A DNA stretch of 64,000 nucleotides from Bacteroidales bacterium (GTDB lineage: Bacteria > Bacteroidota > Bacteroidia > Bacteroidales > GWA2-32-17). The stretch spans positions 1,998 to 65,997 of the forward strand of contig JAOAFV010000013.1 in the NCBI GenBank assembly GCA_026416095.1. The letters run 5' to 3'. Below, piece by piece: positions 40,001-49,247 of this stretch. Every line of letters begins with the position of its first letter. Position 1 is the first letter of the stretch. Position numbers and translations under genes: made by a program. The notes under the pieces were generated by a model. It worked only from the letters and a program-made list of their open reading frames with translations, was not told the origin of the DNA and did no database searches.

Positions 40001-40450
40001 ACTCTGTCTCAAGAGGAGATTATGAAGATAGAATCACAAGGTTTTTTAATCTTTAAACATAACGATGAAGAAATTAAGATAGATGTGAGCGAACTTGAAA
40101 TAACAACAATCGATATGCCAGGTTGGTTAGTTGCTTCTGACGGAACTTACACAGTGGCCCTTGATGTAACCATAACCGAAGAACTAAAATTAGAAGGTAT
40201 TGCTAGAGAATTGGTAAATAAAATACAAAATATTAGAAAAGAGCAAAATTTTAATGTTACAGATAGAATAAAAGTTTATGCAACTAAAAATAGTATAGTT
40301 GAAAAAGCTATCTTAAAACATGAAAATTATATTAAGTCACAAACTCTTGCAAATGAAATAAAAATTATAGAAAATATGGAACAAAATAATTTCTTTAACG
40401 TTGAACTAGATAAAGATTTAACAATAAAAATTAAGGTTATTAAATTTTAA
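37091..40450 (+). CDS. ileS: Isoleucine--tRNA ligase (type 2)
   Basis: EGPPSANG..GIHH, GWDTHGLP, WTTTPWTLP, GVDQTRGWF, KMSKRLGN. Confidence 0.98.
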   Translation: MTQKIFKESKELNLSQINKDILEFWKREDVFKKNLKLREGAKQFIFYEGPPSANGTPGIHHVISRTIKDIFCRFKTMEGYRVERKAGWDTHGLPVEIGVEKSLGIKKDDIGKKISIEEYNNLCKKDVMKYTKEWEHLTDLMGFWIDMENPYITYENKYIETLWWALKQLYNKGLLYKGYTIQPYSPAAGTGLSTHELNQPGCYKMVKDTSVTALFKILKNKKSEFLYKLTDTDIFMMAWTTTPWTLPSNTALAVGKDIEYSFIYTLNPYSGTPISVILATDRIHVYFEKEMENIDFSNYEATKKKVPYKIIGTFKGSDLADLEYEQLIKWHQPKGGKAFIVIIGDFVSTEEGTGVVHIAPSFGADDFRMAKQYGLGTLTLVDKQGKFIDGCGEFSNRYVKLEYEEENAQNKESVDVGIARMLIKENKVFKVEKYEHSYPHCWRTDKPILYYPLEAWFIKTTAVKERMIELNKTINWQPPHTGFGRFGQWLENLVDWNLSRSRFWGTPLPIWATKDYSEVKCIGSVAELKEEIEKSVAAGLMKDNPLKDFIPGDNSNENYNKFDLHRPYIDKIVLVASNGEPMYREPDLIDVWFDSGAMPYAQLHYPFEHKDDFQNYFPADFIAEGVDQTRGWFFTLHALSTMLFDSIAFKNIVSNGLVLDKNGNKMSKRLGNVIDPFEVINKYGADVVRWYMMTNSHPWENIKFNINELEEVVRKFFSTLHNTYSFFALYANLDNFTGDEPLVPFEKLTLMDKWILSVLNTLIIKVTKSYKEYNPTDAGRLIEKFVIDDLSNWYVRLNRKRYWRGEIDEDKLAAFQTLYQCLGIVAKLIAPIAPFYSEYLYQNLNLNKKENYLSVHDCFFPQANENYINKTLEQQMEIAQKVTSLILSLRKKANIKVRQPLQKVLLPAINKELIKNILYVKDIILSETNIKELEIIDPASGIIVKKVKPNYKLLGTKLGSKIKLLAAYLDTLSQEEIMKIESQGFLIFKHNDEEIKIDVSELEITTIDMPGWLVASDGTYTVALDVTITEELKLEGIARELVNKIQNIRKEQNFNVTDRIKVYATKNSIVEKAILKHENYIKSQTLANEIKIIENMEQNNFFNVELDKDLTIKIKVIKF

Positions 40451-40461
40451 AATATAAACCT

Positions 40462-40839
40462 ATGGCAGAAAAAACAAGATATTCAGATGAAGAATTAGAA
40501 GAATTTAAGAAGATAATATTAGAAAAATTAGAAAAAGCTAAAAAAGATTACGAAGCTTTAAAAAAGGCTCTTGCAAATGAAGATAACAATGATACGGCCG
40601 ACACTTCACCAACTTTTAAAGCATTAGACGAAGGTTCAACAATGCTTTCAAAAGAAGAAATAGCACGATTAGCACAGCGACAACTAAAATTTATTCAACA
40701 CCTTGAAGCTGCTTTAGTAAGAATAGAAAATAAAACCTATGGCATATGTCGCGAAACTGGCAAACTAATACCTAAGGAACGTCTTCGTCTTGTACCTCAT
40801 GCTACATTAAGTGTAGAAGCAAAAAGAAAACAACGTTAA
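40462..40839 (+). CDS. dksA: TraR/DksA family regulator (single-Cys Bacteroidota type)
   Basis: RYSDEELEEF, ALVRIENKTYGICRETGKLIPKERL..VPHATLS; directly follows ileS. Confidence 0.9.
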   Translation: MAEKTRYSDEELEEFKKIILEKLEKAKKDYEALKKALANEDNNDTADTSPTFKALDEGSTMLSKEEIARLAQRQLKFIQHLEAALVRIENKTYGICRETGKLIPKERLRLVPHATLSVEAKRKQR

Positions 40840-41582
40840 ATATAAAGTTAACATTTCTTTATTTTGTTTAATTACTTAACTAAAAAAATGAATTTTTAAA
40901 GAATATTAAGTTGTTGCATTTTATTTAGGAAAATATTAGAGAAAATTTAAAGAAAATAAAATTTTAAAAGAGGGTATTGTATGTTTTTACAACTTGAATG
41001 TTCCGATTAAAAAAATTTCAAGTATTAAAAATATAGGTTTATCCATATTACATTAAGATAATTTTAAACTATAAATAGTTGAAAGTTGATTGGGGTATTT
41101 AGAGTTTTAGTTCAAATTTTTCAGCAAAATAATTGATTTTGTTTGTAGTACCTACCTACATTGTATTATATAGAATTTTAATTTAATACGTTTAAAATTA
41201 AGCAATATGTTTATAAAATTTGCTAAAGATATACTTAACCCATTAAATTGTTTTTCAATGTACTCTATATTGTTACTGTTTAGTTTTTTTCTTTCTTTGC
41301 ATATATTTAAACTTCCTTTTTTTACCCATAATTAACTCCCTTTATAGAATGTTCATTATTTATAGAAATCTTTGTTCCTTAACTCTGTGTAAACATTTCT
41401 TTTTTTTCAAAAAATATCATAAACTTACTACCAATCTAAGATATTGATAACATTATTAAAACTTTCATTTAACGATTTATTTTTAGATTTTACTAAGATT
41501 TTGTTTTTCAACCTATTTATTTTGAGAATCTTTAATTTTGATGTTACTTAAAATGGTGAAGCTACGAGTATAATAAAAAATT

Positions 41583-42200
41583 TTAAAAACATTTCAAATT
41601 ACTTAGTATTTGTTCCTTTATTTTATAATAATCGGTAATGTTTTCTACAAAATCAATATATTCTGTATCAATTATTAAAAAATTTATTTGGTTCCGATAA
41701 TTATTAATGTATTCAAAATAATTGTTTTGAATATTCAGTAAATATTCATCAGATATTTGTTGTTCGTATATTCTTCCTCTTTTTTTTATTTGTTTTTGTA
41801 ACTTGTAAACGGGAGCGTGTAGATACACAAAGATATCGGGCTTAGGAATTTGCGGGTAAATTATATCGAACAACTGAGAAAATAGGCGAAACTCATCGAT
41901 TTGAAGAGTTTCTTTACTAAAAATAAGAGATTTAATGAAGTAATAATCTGAAATAATAAAATTATCGAAAAGAGATGGTTGTAATAGTTCGTTTTTTAAT
42001 TGATAATACCTGTTGGCTAGGAATGATAATTCGCAAGGAAATGCCCAGCGTGAAGGGTTTTCATAAAATTTAGGCAAAAATGGGTTTTCTGCAAACCTTT
42101 CTAAAATAAGGCGACCTTTTAAATCTTCAGCTAGTTTTTTAGCAAGAGTTGTTTTTCCTGCTCCTATATTGCCTTCAATTACTATGTAGCAAGAGCTCAT
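41583..42200 (-). CDS. Deoxynucleoside kinase
   Basis: IEGNIGAGKTT, ENPFLPKFY, RGRIYE. Confidence 0.93.
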   Translation of the reverse strand: MSSCYIVIEGNIGAGKTTLAKKLAEDLKGRLILERFAENPFLPKFYENPSRWAFPCELSFLANRYYQLKNELLQPSLFDNFIISDYYFIKSLIFSKETLQIDEFRLFSQLFDIIYPQIPKPDIFVYLHAPVYKLQKQIKKRGRIYEQQISDEYLLNIQNNYFEYINNYRNQINFLIIDTEYIDFVENITDYYKIKEQILSNLKCF

Positions 42201-42210
42201 GATTTTGATA

Positions 42211-44310
42211 TTATAATTTTATTTTGGGGTTAATATTAAATAGAATAAAAGAAAAAATATCGGTTTGTTCTTCAATTATTTTTGTTAGTGATTTTCCAGC
42301 ACCATGACCAGCTTTAGTTTCTATTCGTATTAAAGCTGGATTACTTCCTTTGCATTTTTCTTGAAGTGTGGCAATATATTTAAAAGAATGAGCAGGTACT
42401 ACTCTATCGTCATGATCGGCAGTTGTAACTAGTATTGCTGGATAGTTTGTATTTTCTTTAATGTTATGAAGAGGAGAATATTTGTAAATGTATTTAAATT
42501 CTTTTTCATTATCGGGATTCCCATAGTCTGTGATCCAACTCCACCCAATTGTAAATTTGTGAAATCTTAACATGTCCATGACACCAACAGATGGAATGGC
42601 AACTTTGAATAAATCTGGCCGCTGATTAACTACAACACCAACTAATAAACCGCCATTCGATGCCCCTTGAATTGCTAAGCAATTAGGAGAGGTATATTTA
42701 TTTTGAATCAAATACTCGGCAGCCGAAATAAAATCGTCGAAAGTATTTTGTTTATTAAGTTTTGTTCCAGCTAAGTGCCATTCTTCACCAAATTCACCAC
42801 CACCTCTTAAATTAGCTACAGCATATATACCACCAATTTCAAGCCAAAATAAACGTGTAGCACTAAACGAAGGAGTTAAACTAACATTAAATCCTCCATA
42901 CCCATATAGTATTGTTGGATTTGTCCCGTCGAGATTAATGTTTTTTTTGTGAATAATAAATATTGGTATTAAAGTACCATCTTTGCTTTTATAAAAATCT
43001 TGTTTTACAATATATTTTTCGGGAATAAAATCTTTTATTTTAGTTTCAAATAATACTTCCTGCTTTAATGTATTTACATTGAGTTTAAAAATTGTTGGAG
43101 GATAATTGAAACTTGAAAATTCGTAAAAAATTATAGTATCATTTAAGTTTCCACTTAACGAACTAACATTTCCTATACACGGAAGCGTTAGTTCTTTAAT
43201 TTTATTCCCATCTAAATCGAAAACATTTAAAATGCTGTAAGCGTTGTGTAAATACTTAACAATAATTTTGTTTTTAGCAATAAGTGCATTGCTAATCACA
43301 TCGTTACTTTGAGGTATAATGGTTTTTCTTTCAAGGGTATTTATATTAATTTTAATTAAGGAATATTTAGGTGCATTTTCATTTGTTAATACATAGATCC
43401 AATCGTTTATTCTTTCTATAACTTTGTACTCATATTCGTAATTTGGTATAATAGTTTTTATAAATAATTTAGGCAAATTGAGATCTATTATTTTTAAAGC
43501 ATTTCCTTTAAATCCTGCTTTTTCTTCATGTATACAAAGTATATTGTCGTCGGAGTTAGTATAAGCATAAAAATTAATGTAAGGATCGTTAGTATTTTCG
43601 AGTACAATTACATCGTCCGACTGTTTATTACCAATTTTATGATAAAACAACTTTTGAAATTTATTTTCATTAGTATATTTGCCTACATTGTTAACTTGCG
43701 AGTAGCCGCTGTAAAAAATACCATTATCGTACCATGCAATACTTGAGAATTTAACATTTACTAACGTATCTTTTAGTTGTTGGCCATTTTCAATATTTTT
43801 AAAGCATATTGTTTGCCAATCGCTACCACTTTGCGAAATAGAATAAGCAATATATTTACAATCTGGAGACATTTTAATTGCTGAAATAGAAATTGTACCA
43901 TCTTCGGAAAGTTTATTTGGATCTATAAGCACTGTACCTTCATTGTCTAGATTTGTGGTAATGTACAACACACTTTGATTTTGAAGCCCTCTATTTTTGA
44001 AATAAACATAATATTTTCCCTTTTTAATAGGTATAGTTCGTCTTTCATAATTAACTAATTCGGTTAAGCGTTCTTTAATTTTTTTCCTAAAAGGTATGTT
44101 GTTTAAATAATCAAAAGTTACCTTATTTTGTGCTTCGATCCATTGTTTTACTTCTGCCGACGAATCGTTTTCAAGCCATCTGTAAGGGTCTTCAACTTTA
44201 ATTCCAAAATGCTCCTCAACAATGTTTTGTTTCTTTGTATAAGGATATTCTATTTTTATTGAGTTACAATTCATAAAGGCAAACAATACAATTAAGATAT
44301 ATATAATCAT
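42211..44310 (-). CDS. Prolyl oligopeptidase (S9A)
   Basis: DPYRWLE, YGYGGF, GASNGG, DHDDRV, AGHG catalytic triad. Confidence 0.96.
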   Translation of the reverse strand: MIIYILIVLFAFMNCNSIKIEYPYTKKQNIVEEHFGIKVEDPYRWLENDSSAEVKQWIEAQNKVTFDYLNNIPFRKKIKERLTELVNYERRTIPIKKGKYYVYFKNRGLQNQSVLYITTNLDNEGTVLIDPNKLSEDGTISISAIKMSPDCKYIAYSISQSGSDWQTICFKNIENGQQLKDTLVNVKFSSIAWYDNGIFYSGYSQVNNVGKYTNENKFQKLFYHKIGNKQSDDVIVLENTNDPYINFYAYTNSDDNILCIHEEKAGFKGNALKIIDLNLPKLFIKTIIPNYEYEYKVIERINDWIYVLTNENAPKYSLIKININTLERKTIIPQSNDVISNALIAKNKIIVKYLHNAYSILNVFDLDGNKIKELTLPCIGNVSSLSGNLNDTIIFYEFSSFNYPPTIFKLNVNTLKQEVLFETKIKDFIPEKYIVKQDFYKSKDGTLIPIFIIHKKNINLDGTNPTILYGYGGFNVSLTPSFSATRLFWLEIGGIYAVANLRGGGEFGEEWHLAGTKLNKQNTFDDFISAAEYLIQNKYTSPNCLAIQGASNGGLLVGVVVNQRPDLFKVAIPSVGVMDMLRFHKFTIGWSWITDYGNPDNEKEFKYIYKYSPLHNIKENTNYPAILVTTADHDDRVVPAHSFKYIATLQEKCKGSNPALIRIETKAGHGAGKSLTKIIEEQTDIFSFILFNINPKIKL

Positions 44311-44312
44311 GG

Positions 44313-45974
44313 TTACATATTTTGTTTCAACAATTCTTTTGCATGTTTAATTGCGGTTTCGGTAATTTTGCTTGAGCTTAAAAGGCGTGCGATTTCTATT
44401 ATTTTACTTTCTTCGTCTAAAGTAGTAACAGAGATTTGTGTTTGATTATTTTGGGTAGTTTTCTTTACAAGGTAAAACACATCGCCGCACGAAGCCACCT
44501 GTGGTGTATGAGTTATAATAATAACTTGAGTGTTTTTTGATATTTCTTTTATTTTCTTTCCTACTTTATATGCTGTATCGCCACTAACACCAGTATCTAT
44601 TTCGTCGAAAACTATGGTTGATGTGTTAAGCTTTTCTGCTATAGTGGTTTTTAATGCTAGCATAAAACGTGATAATTCTCCACCAGAAGCAATTTCGTCT
44701 ATTGATTGCAAAGGAAAGTCGGGATTTGCACTAAATAAAAATTTTATGTTATTTATACCATAAATGTTTAATTCAGGAGAAGTAGAAAGATCTATTTTAA
44801 ATTGAGATCTATTTAAGTTAAGATCGTTTAAATGTGCTAAAACTTGTCTTTGAAAAGTGTCTTTATGGTTCATTCGTTGCATGTTTAAAAATTCTGCTTC
44901 GCTTTGTAAAATTGAATAAAGGCTTTCTAATTCTTCTTCAGTTTTTTTTATTTCTTCGTCTGAATTATGAATAATTTTTAAATCATTTTCTACTTGTTTT
45001 TTTAATTCGAGTAATTGAGAATAATCGTTTACTTTATATTTTTGGCAAAGAGAATAAACATAGTCTGCTTCGGAACGAAGTTTTTCGTATTCCTGTTGAC
45101 TTATGTGAATAGATTTTTTTTTATTACTAACTTCTTGGCATATTTCTTTTAATTGAATATAAATATTCTCTAACGAATCACTCCAATTTTTTGAAATTGG
45201 TATTATTTTTATTAGATTATTTAGCTTTTTTTGAATGTTTTTAATGTTAGCAATTATCGAATTTTCTTGTAGTATAAGAATATTTTCTATTTCACTTAAA
45301 GTTGTAATTATTTCGTGAGCATTTTCATATTCATTTAATTTATTTTCTAAATTAGTGAATTCTTGTTTTGAATAATTTAATTTTTCAAGTTCCTTCTTTT
45401 GAAATATAAGGTAATCATATTTTTGTTTTGTTTCTAAGAATTGTTGTTTAAGTGTTTTAAGTTTTTCCGATAAGTTTTTATACTTTAAATAATTTTTCAA
45501 ATATATTTTTCTTCTATCGATAATACTTGCAAATGCGTCGAGCGAAAAAAATAAAAAGTTTCTTTTAGCCAAAAGAATGTTTTTATGTTGTGAATGGATA
45601 TCAATGATTAGAGGAAAAATTTCTTTTAATAAAGAAGTACTAACTGGAGTATCGTTTATAAACGAGCGTGAATATCCAGATGGTAAAACTTCTCTTCGTA
45701 ATATTAGTTCTTGTTGACATTCGAGTTCGTTTTCTAATAATATTTCTTTTACATCGTCGGAAATATTTTGAAAAATAGCTTCGATTATAGTTTTTTTAGT
45801 GTTATCTCTGATTAAGTCGGGTTTAAATTTTTCTCCATTAAGAAAATTTAATGATTCGATAATTAGAGATTTTCCTGCTCCAGTTTCGCCTAATAAAACA
45901 TTTACCCCTTTATTAAATTCGATTTGTAAATTGTCTATTAAAGCAAAATTTGTTATCTGAAGCGATTTAATCAT
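44313..45974 (-). CDS. recN: DNA repair protein RecN
   Basis: GETGAGKS, DIHSQH, ASGGELSRFML, FDEIDTGVSG, ITHTPQVA. Confidence 0.96.
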   Translation of the reverse strand: MIKSLQITNFALIDNLQIEFNKGVNVLLGETGAGKSLIIESLNFLNGEKFKPDLIRDNTKKTIIEAIFQNISDDVKEILLENELECQQELILRREVLPSGYSRSFINDTPVSTSLLKEIFPLIIDIHSQHKNILLAKRNFLFFSLDAFASIIDRRKIYLKNYLKYKNLSEKLKTLKQQFLETKQKYDYLIFQKKELEKLNYSKQEFTNLENKLNEYENAHEIITTLSEIENILILQENSIIANIKNIQKKLNNLIKIIPISKNWSDSLENIYIQLKEICQEVSNKKKSIHISQQEYEKLRSEADYVYSLCQKYKVNDYSQLLELKKQVENDLKIIHNSDEEIKKTEEELESLYSILQSEAEFLNMQRMNHKDTFQRQVLAHLNDLNLNRSQFKIDLSTSPELNIYGINNIKFLFSANPDFPLQSIDEIASGGELSRFMLALKTTIAEKLNTSTIVFDEIDTGVSGDTAYKVGKKIKEISKNTQVIIITHTPQVASCGDVFYLVKKTTQNNQTQISVTTLDEESKIIEIARLLSSSKITETAIKHAKELLKQNM

Positions 45975-45976
45975 TA

Positions 45977-46888
45977 TTATTTGTTTTCTGAAACAATCTT
46001 CTGGTATTTGCTTATATTTGAAGGATCAATTTCTTTAAGAATATTAAACACACGAGCTTTTTCTTCTGCATAGCCTTCTGAGAATATTTGTACAAATTCG
46101 TCTGATTTGGCATCGAAAATCATTTGAAGAGGCATCATAATATTTCTAGGTTTTTCGCGATATACTTTTTGAAGTAGTTCAATAGATTCTATTATTTTTT
46201 GGCGAGCTTCGGCTTGTTTTTCCCACATTATGTCGAGTGCTAATCTATGATAGTTGTAAATAAACTCTCTTACAGGAGCAAATTTGGGATTCAAAAGATC
46301 GTTAATTAACCAGTATCTGTTTTTATGTCCTTCAAATGCTTTCCAACCTGGTTCTTTTGCATTTTGGGCATTTTGTACAATTTTTTCTGCTTTCTGAAAA
46401 AAGTAAGTGCCATCCATTAAACCAAAAGAATCGTAATCGTATCCTAATATTAAGTAAACATAAAAGGCAAGCAAAGAAGTTAGGTTAGAAGTAAAGGTAT
46501 TTTCGTTAAAATCCATTTGTTGGTATTCTATGTAATCGAACTGTATGTCGTTATCTTTAAAGTTTATAAGAGGCGAATTATAATTTGTATTAAAAATAGG
46601 TCTGACACTTTGAATTTGTAAGGTGCCCTTGTAAGTACTTGTTGATACTTGCTCGGTAAGGTTAATTATTATTGAGCATTCTATTCTTTCGTCGTAAGAA
46701 AAACTATGATCGCTCCATTTTCTATTGTTTACAAATTCGTAAAGATCTTTTTGCATTGTTTCAAAAATATGTCTATTTGATGTTTGTATTTGTTGTGAAT
46801 ATACTTGTACATTACATCTTAGCTCTTGTGCAGTAATTTCATTGATGATAATTAGAATAAAAATGAAAAGAAAATAAAAAAAATTCAT
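45977..46888 (-). CDS. DUF4835 family exported protein (PorD-like)
   Basis: AQELRCNV, FVNNRKW, GYDYDSF, NRYWL; usual position between coaBC and recN. Confidence 0.85.
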   Translation of the reverse strand: MNFFYFLFIFILIIINEITAQELRCNVQVYSQQIQTSNRHIFETMQKDLYEFVNNRKWSDHSFSYDERIECSIIINLTEQVSTSTYKGTLQIQSVRPIFNTNYNSPLINFKDNDIQFDYIEYQQMDFNENTFTSNLTSLLAFYVYLILGYDYDSFGLMDGTYFFQKAEKIVQNAQNAKEPGWKAFEGHKNRYWLINDLLNPKFAPVREFIYNYHRLALDIMWEKQAEARQKIIESIELLQKVYREKPRNIMMPLQMIFDAKSDEFVQIFSEGYAEEKARVFNILKEIDPSNISKYQKIVSENK

Positions 46889-48090
46889 AAATTAAAAGAA
46901 TTAATAAGGTATTCAACAATTTTAAAAGCTATTTTTTCTTTACTTGAAAGTGGAATAAAATACTTATCGCCATTTTTGTTGTATATAGTAACTTCGTTAT
47001 ATTCACTTTGTAGAGGATTATTTAGATCGGAAATTTTGTTTAAAATAATAAGATCAAGGTTTTTTTCTTTGAGTTTTTTAAGTGCATTACTTTCGAAGTT
47101 ATTAGTTTCAAGAGCAAACCCAACAAGTATTTGATTTTTATTTTTTACTTTTCCTAATTCTTTAGCAATATCTATGGTAGGAATTAGATTTAGTTTCAAA
47201 GCTTTTTTTGTTTTCTTTATTTTAGTAGATGATGTTTTTTGTGGGGTGTAATCTGCAACTGCTGCAGAAAATACAACTATATCGGCATTATTAAAGTGTT
47301 CTTTGCAAGCATTATACATTTCGCTCGCCGATGTAACCTTTTTACAGTTTATTTTGTTATTATAACATTTAAAACTAGTTGGGCCACTTATTAAAGTGAC
47401 ATTTGCACCAAAGTTTGCAAAATATTCAGCAAGTAAATAACCTGTTTTACCTGTCGATAAGTTACCTATAACTCTTACAGGATCAATGTGTTCGTATGTT
47501 GGTCCAGCTGTAATAAGTATGTTTTTATTAGATAATTTAGATTTATTTGAAAAAAAATTAATAATATTTTCAACTACTATTTCAGGTTCTACCATTCGTC
47601 CTTTTCCAATTAAACCACTTGCAAGTTCACCTTCGATAGGTTCGATTACTATATGACCTCTTTGTTTCAGAATTTCGATATTTTGTACTGTAGCTGGGTG
47701 TTGGTACATATTGGTATCCATAGCTGGAACAACCATAACAGGGCAACGTACCGAAAGGTAAGTAGTTAACAATAAATTATCGGCAATGCCATAAGCCATT
47801 TTTGCAATGGTATTTGCAGTAGCCGGTGCTATAATAAATAAATCGGCCCATAAACCTAGTTCAACATGATTATTCCATTTTCCGTCGTCGTATTTAAAAA
47901 ATTCTGAAAGCACAGTGTTTTGAGAAAGTGTTGCTAATGTTACTGGTGTAATAAATTCTTTTGCAAGTGGGGTCATTATTACCTTTATATTTGCCCCTTC
48001 TTTTTTTAGTAATCTAACGATTGTAGCACTTTTAAAAGCTGCAATACTTCCAGTAATTCCAACAATAATATTTTTTTCTTTTAGCTTCAA
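46885..48090 (-). CDS. coaBC: Phosphopantothenoylcysteine decarboxylase/ligase
   Basis: GITGSIAA, APATAN, PAMD, LASGLIGKGRM, TAGPT.E.IDPVR, AAVADY, VGFALET. Confidence 0.96.
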   Translation of the reverse strand: MKLKEKNIIVGITGSIAAFKSATIVRLLKKEGANIKVIMTPLAKEFITPVTLATLSQNTVLSEFFKYDDGKWNNHVELGLWADLFIIAPATANTIAKMAYGIADNLLLTTYLSVRCPVMVVPAMDTNMYQHPATVQNIEILKQRGHIVIEPIEGELASGLIGKGRMVEPEIVVENIINFFSNKSKLSNKNILITAGPTYEHIDPVRVIGNLSTGKTGYLLAEYFANFGANVTLISGPTSFKCYNNKINCKKVTSASEMYNACKEHFNNADIVVFSAAVADYTPQKTSSTKIKKTKKALKLNLIPTIDIAKELGKVKNKNQILVGFALETNNFESNALKKLKEKNLDLIILNKISDLNNPLQSEYNEVTIYNKNGDKYFIPLSSKEKIAFKIVEYLINSFNL

Positions 48091-48093
48091 TGG

Positions 48094-48417
48094 TTATTTA
48101 TTTTCGTCTGTAAAGGTATACACTAGCTTATTATCTATTAGTTCTTGAACTGCAATCATGGTTGGTTTGGGCAACTTTTCATAGTATCTTACCAATTCTA
48201 TTTGTTCAGGGTTTTCGAAGGTTTCTTCAAGAGTATCGGTTGTTGTCTGAAATTCTTCGAGCTTCTGATACAACTCATTTTTAATTTCGGCAGCAATTTG
48301 ATTAGCTCTTTTAGCAGCAATAATTGTTGTTAAATAAATATTACCTGTTAAATCTTCTAGTTTATCAATATCATAAGTTACAGTAGTAAAAGGAGCATAC
48401 AATTTTTTATAATCCAT
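48094..48417 (-). CDS. rpoZ: RNA polymerase omega subunit (Bacteroidota type)
   Basis: TGNIY...AKRANQI, FENPEQIE..RYYEKLPKPT; located between bamD and coaBC. Confidence 0.9.
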   Translation of the reverse strand: MDYKKLYAPFTTVTYDIDKLEDLTGNIYLTTIIAAKRANQIAAEIKNELYQKLEEFQTTTDTLEETFENPEQIELVRYYEKLPKPTMIAVQELIDNKLVYTFTDENK

Positions 48418-48421
48418 AGTT

Positions 48422-49219
48422 TTATTTTTTTAAATATTCATTTGCAAGGTAATAAATTTTTTTTAATTCTTCTAAATATTTTGAATTAGAGAATTCCGAT
48501 ATAAACTTTTGATACTCACTAATTGTAGAATTTAGACGTTCTTTTTTTTTAGATTCTATACTATTAATAGCATGTAAATATGAAGCTTTTATAATATAAT
48601 AATAAGCATCCTCCTTATATTGAGTATCAGGAAAGTCTTCTAAAAGATTTTTGAAAGAAACAATAGCCGATTTATATTCTTCCATATTGTAGTAGAGACG
48701 TGCTGCTTCGAATGACTTAGTTTCAAGCTTATTTCTTAGTTTGTCTATCATTTCATTGCAATGTTTAACATACTTACTATGGGGGTATGTATTAATAAAT
48801 TCCTGTAAAGCATCGATTGCCTTATAAGTACTTGTTTGGTCGAGTAAATAATCTGGTGAATCGAGGTATAAACAATATGCCGACATATAATCTGCTTCTT
48901 CTTTATAAGGACTCAAAGGGTATCTTTGTCCAACTGAATTAAAATAATAAGCTGCTACATAGTAATTGTGTTCCTTAAAATAACATTGACCTAAGTAATA
49001 TAGAATTTTATCGGCTCTATCCGATACTTTATATACATTTTCTAACCCTTCAAGTAAACTTCTTGCTTTAAAATAATCGCCTTTTTCGTAATATTTAATA
49101 GCGTTTTGGTATTTCATTTCAAAATCGTTGCTTTTCAGTAACTTTTGAAATTCACTGCAGCTGTACATTAAAGTTATAAACAATATCATTAAAAAAATTT
49201 GGAGTTTTTTATATAGCAT
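48422..49219 (-). CDS. bamD: Outer membrane assembly lipoprotein BamD
   Basis: Lipobox YSC, SPDYLLDQTST, FINTYP, TPR repeats. ATG 49219 avoids overlap with glmS. Confidence 0.92.
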   Translation of the reverse strand: MLYKKLQIFLMILFITLMYSCSEFQKLLKSNDFEMKYQNAIKYYEKGDYFKARSLLEGLENVYKVSDRADKILYYLGQCYFKEHNYYVAAYYFNSVGQRYPLSPYKEEADYMSAYCLYLDSPDYLLDQTSTYKAIDALQEFINTYPHSKYVKHCNEMIDKLRNKLETKSFEAARLYYNMEEYKSAIVSFKNLLEDFPDTQYKEDAYYYIIKASYLHAINSIESKKKERLNSTISEYQKFISEFSNSKYLEELKKIYYLANEYLKK

Positions 49220-49247
49220 ACTTGCAAAGATATTAAGAAAAAAAATA

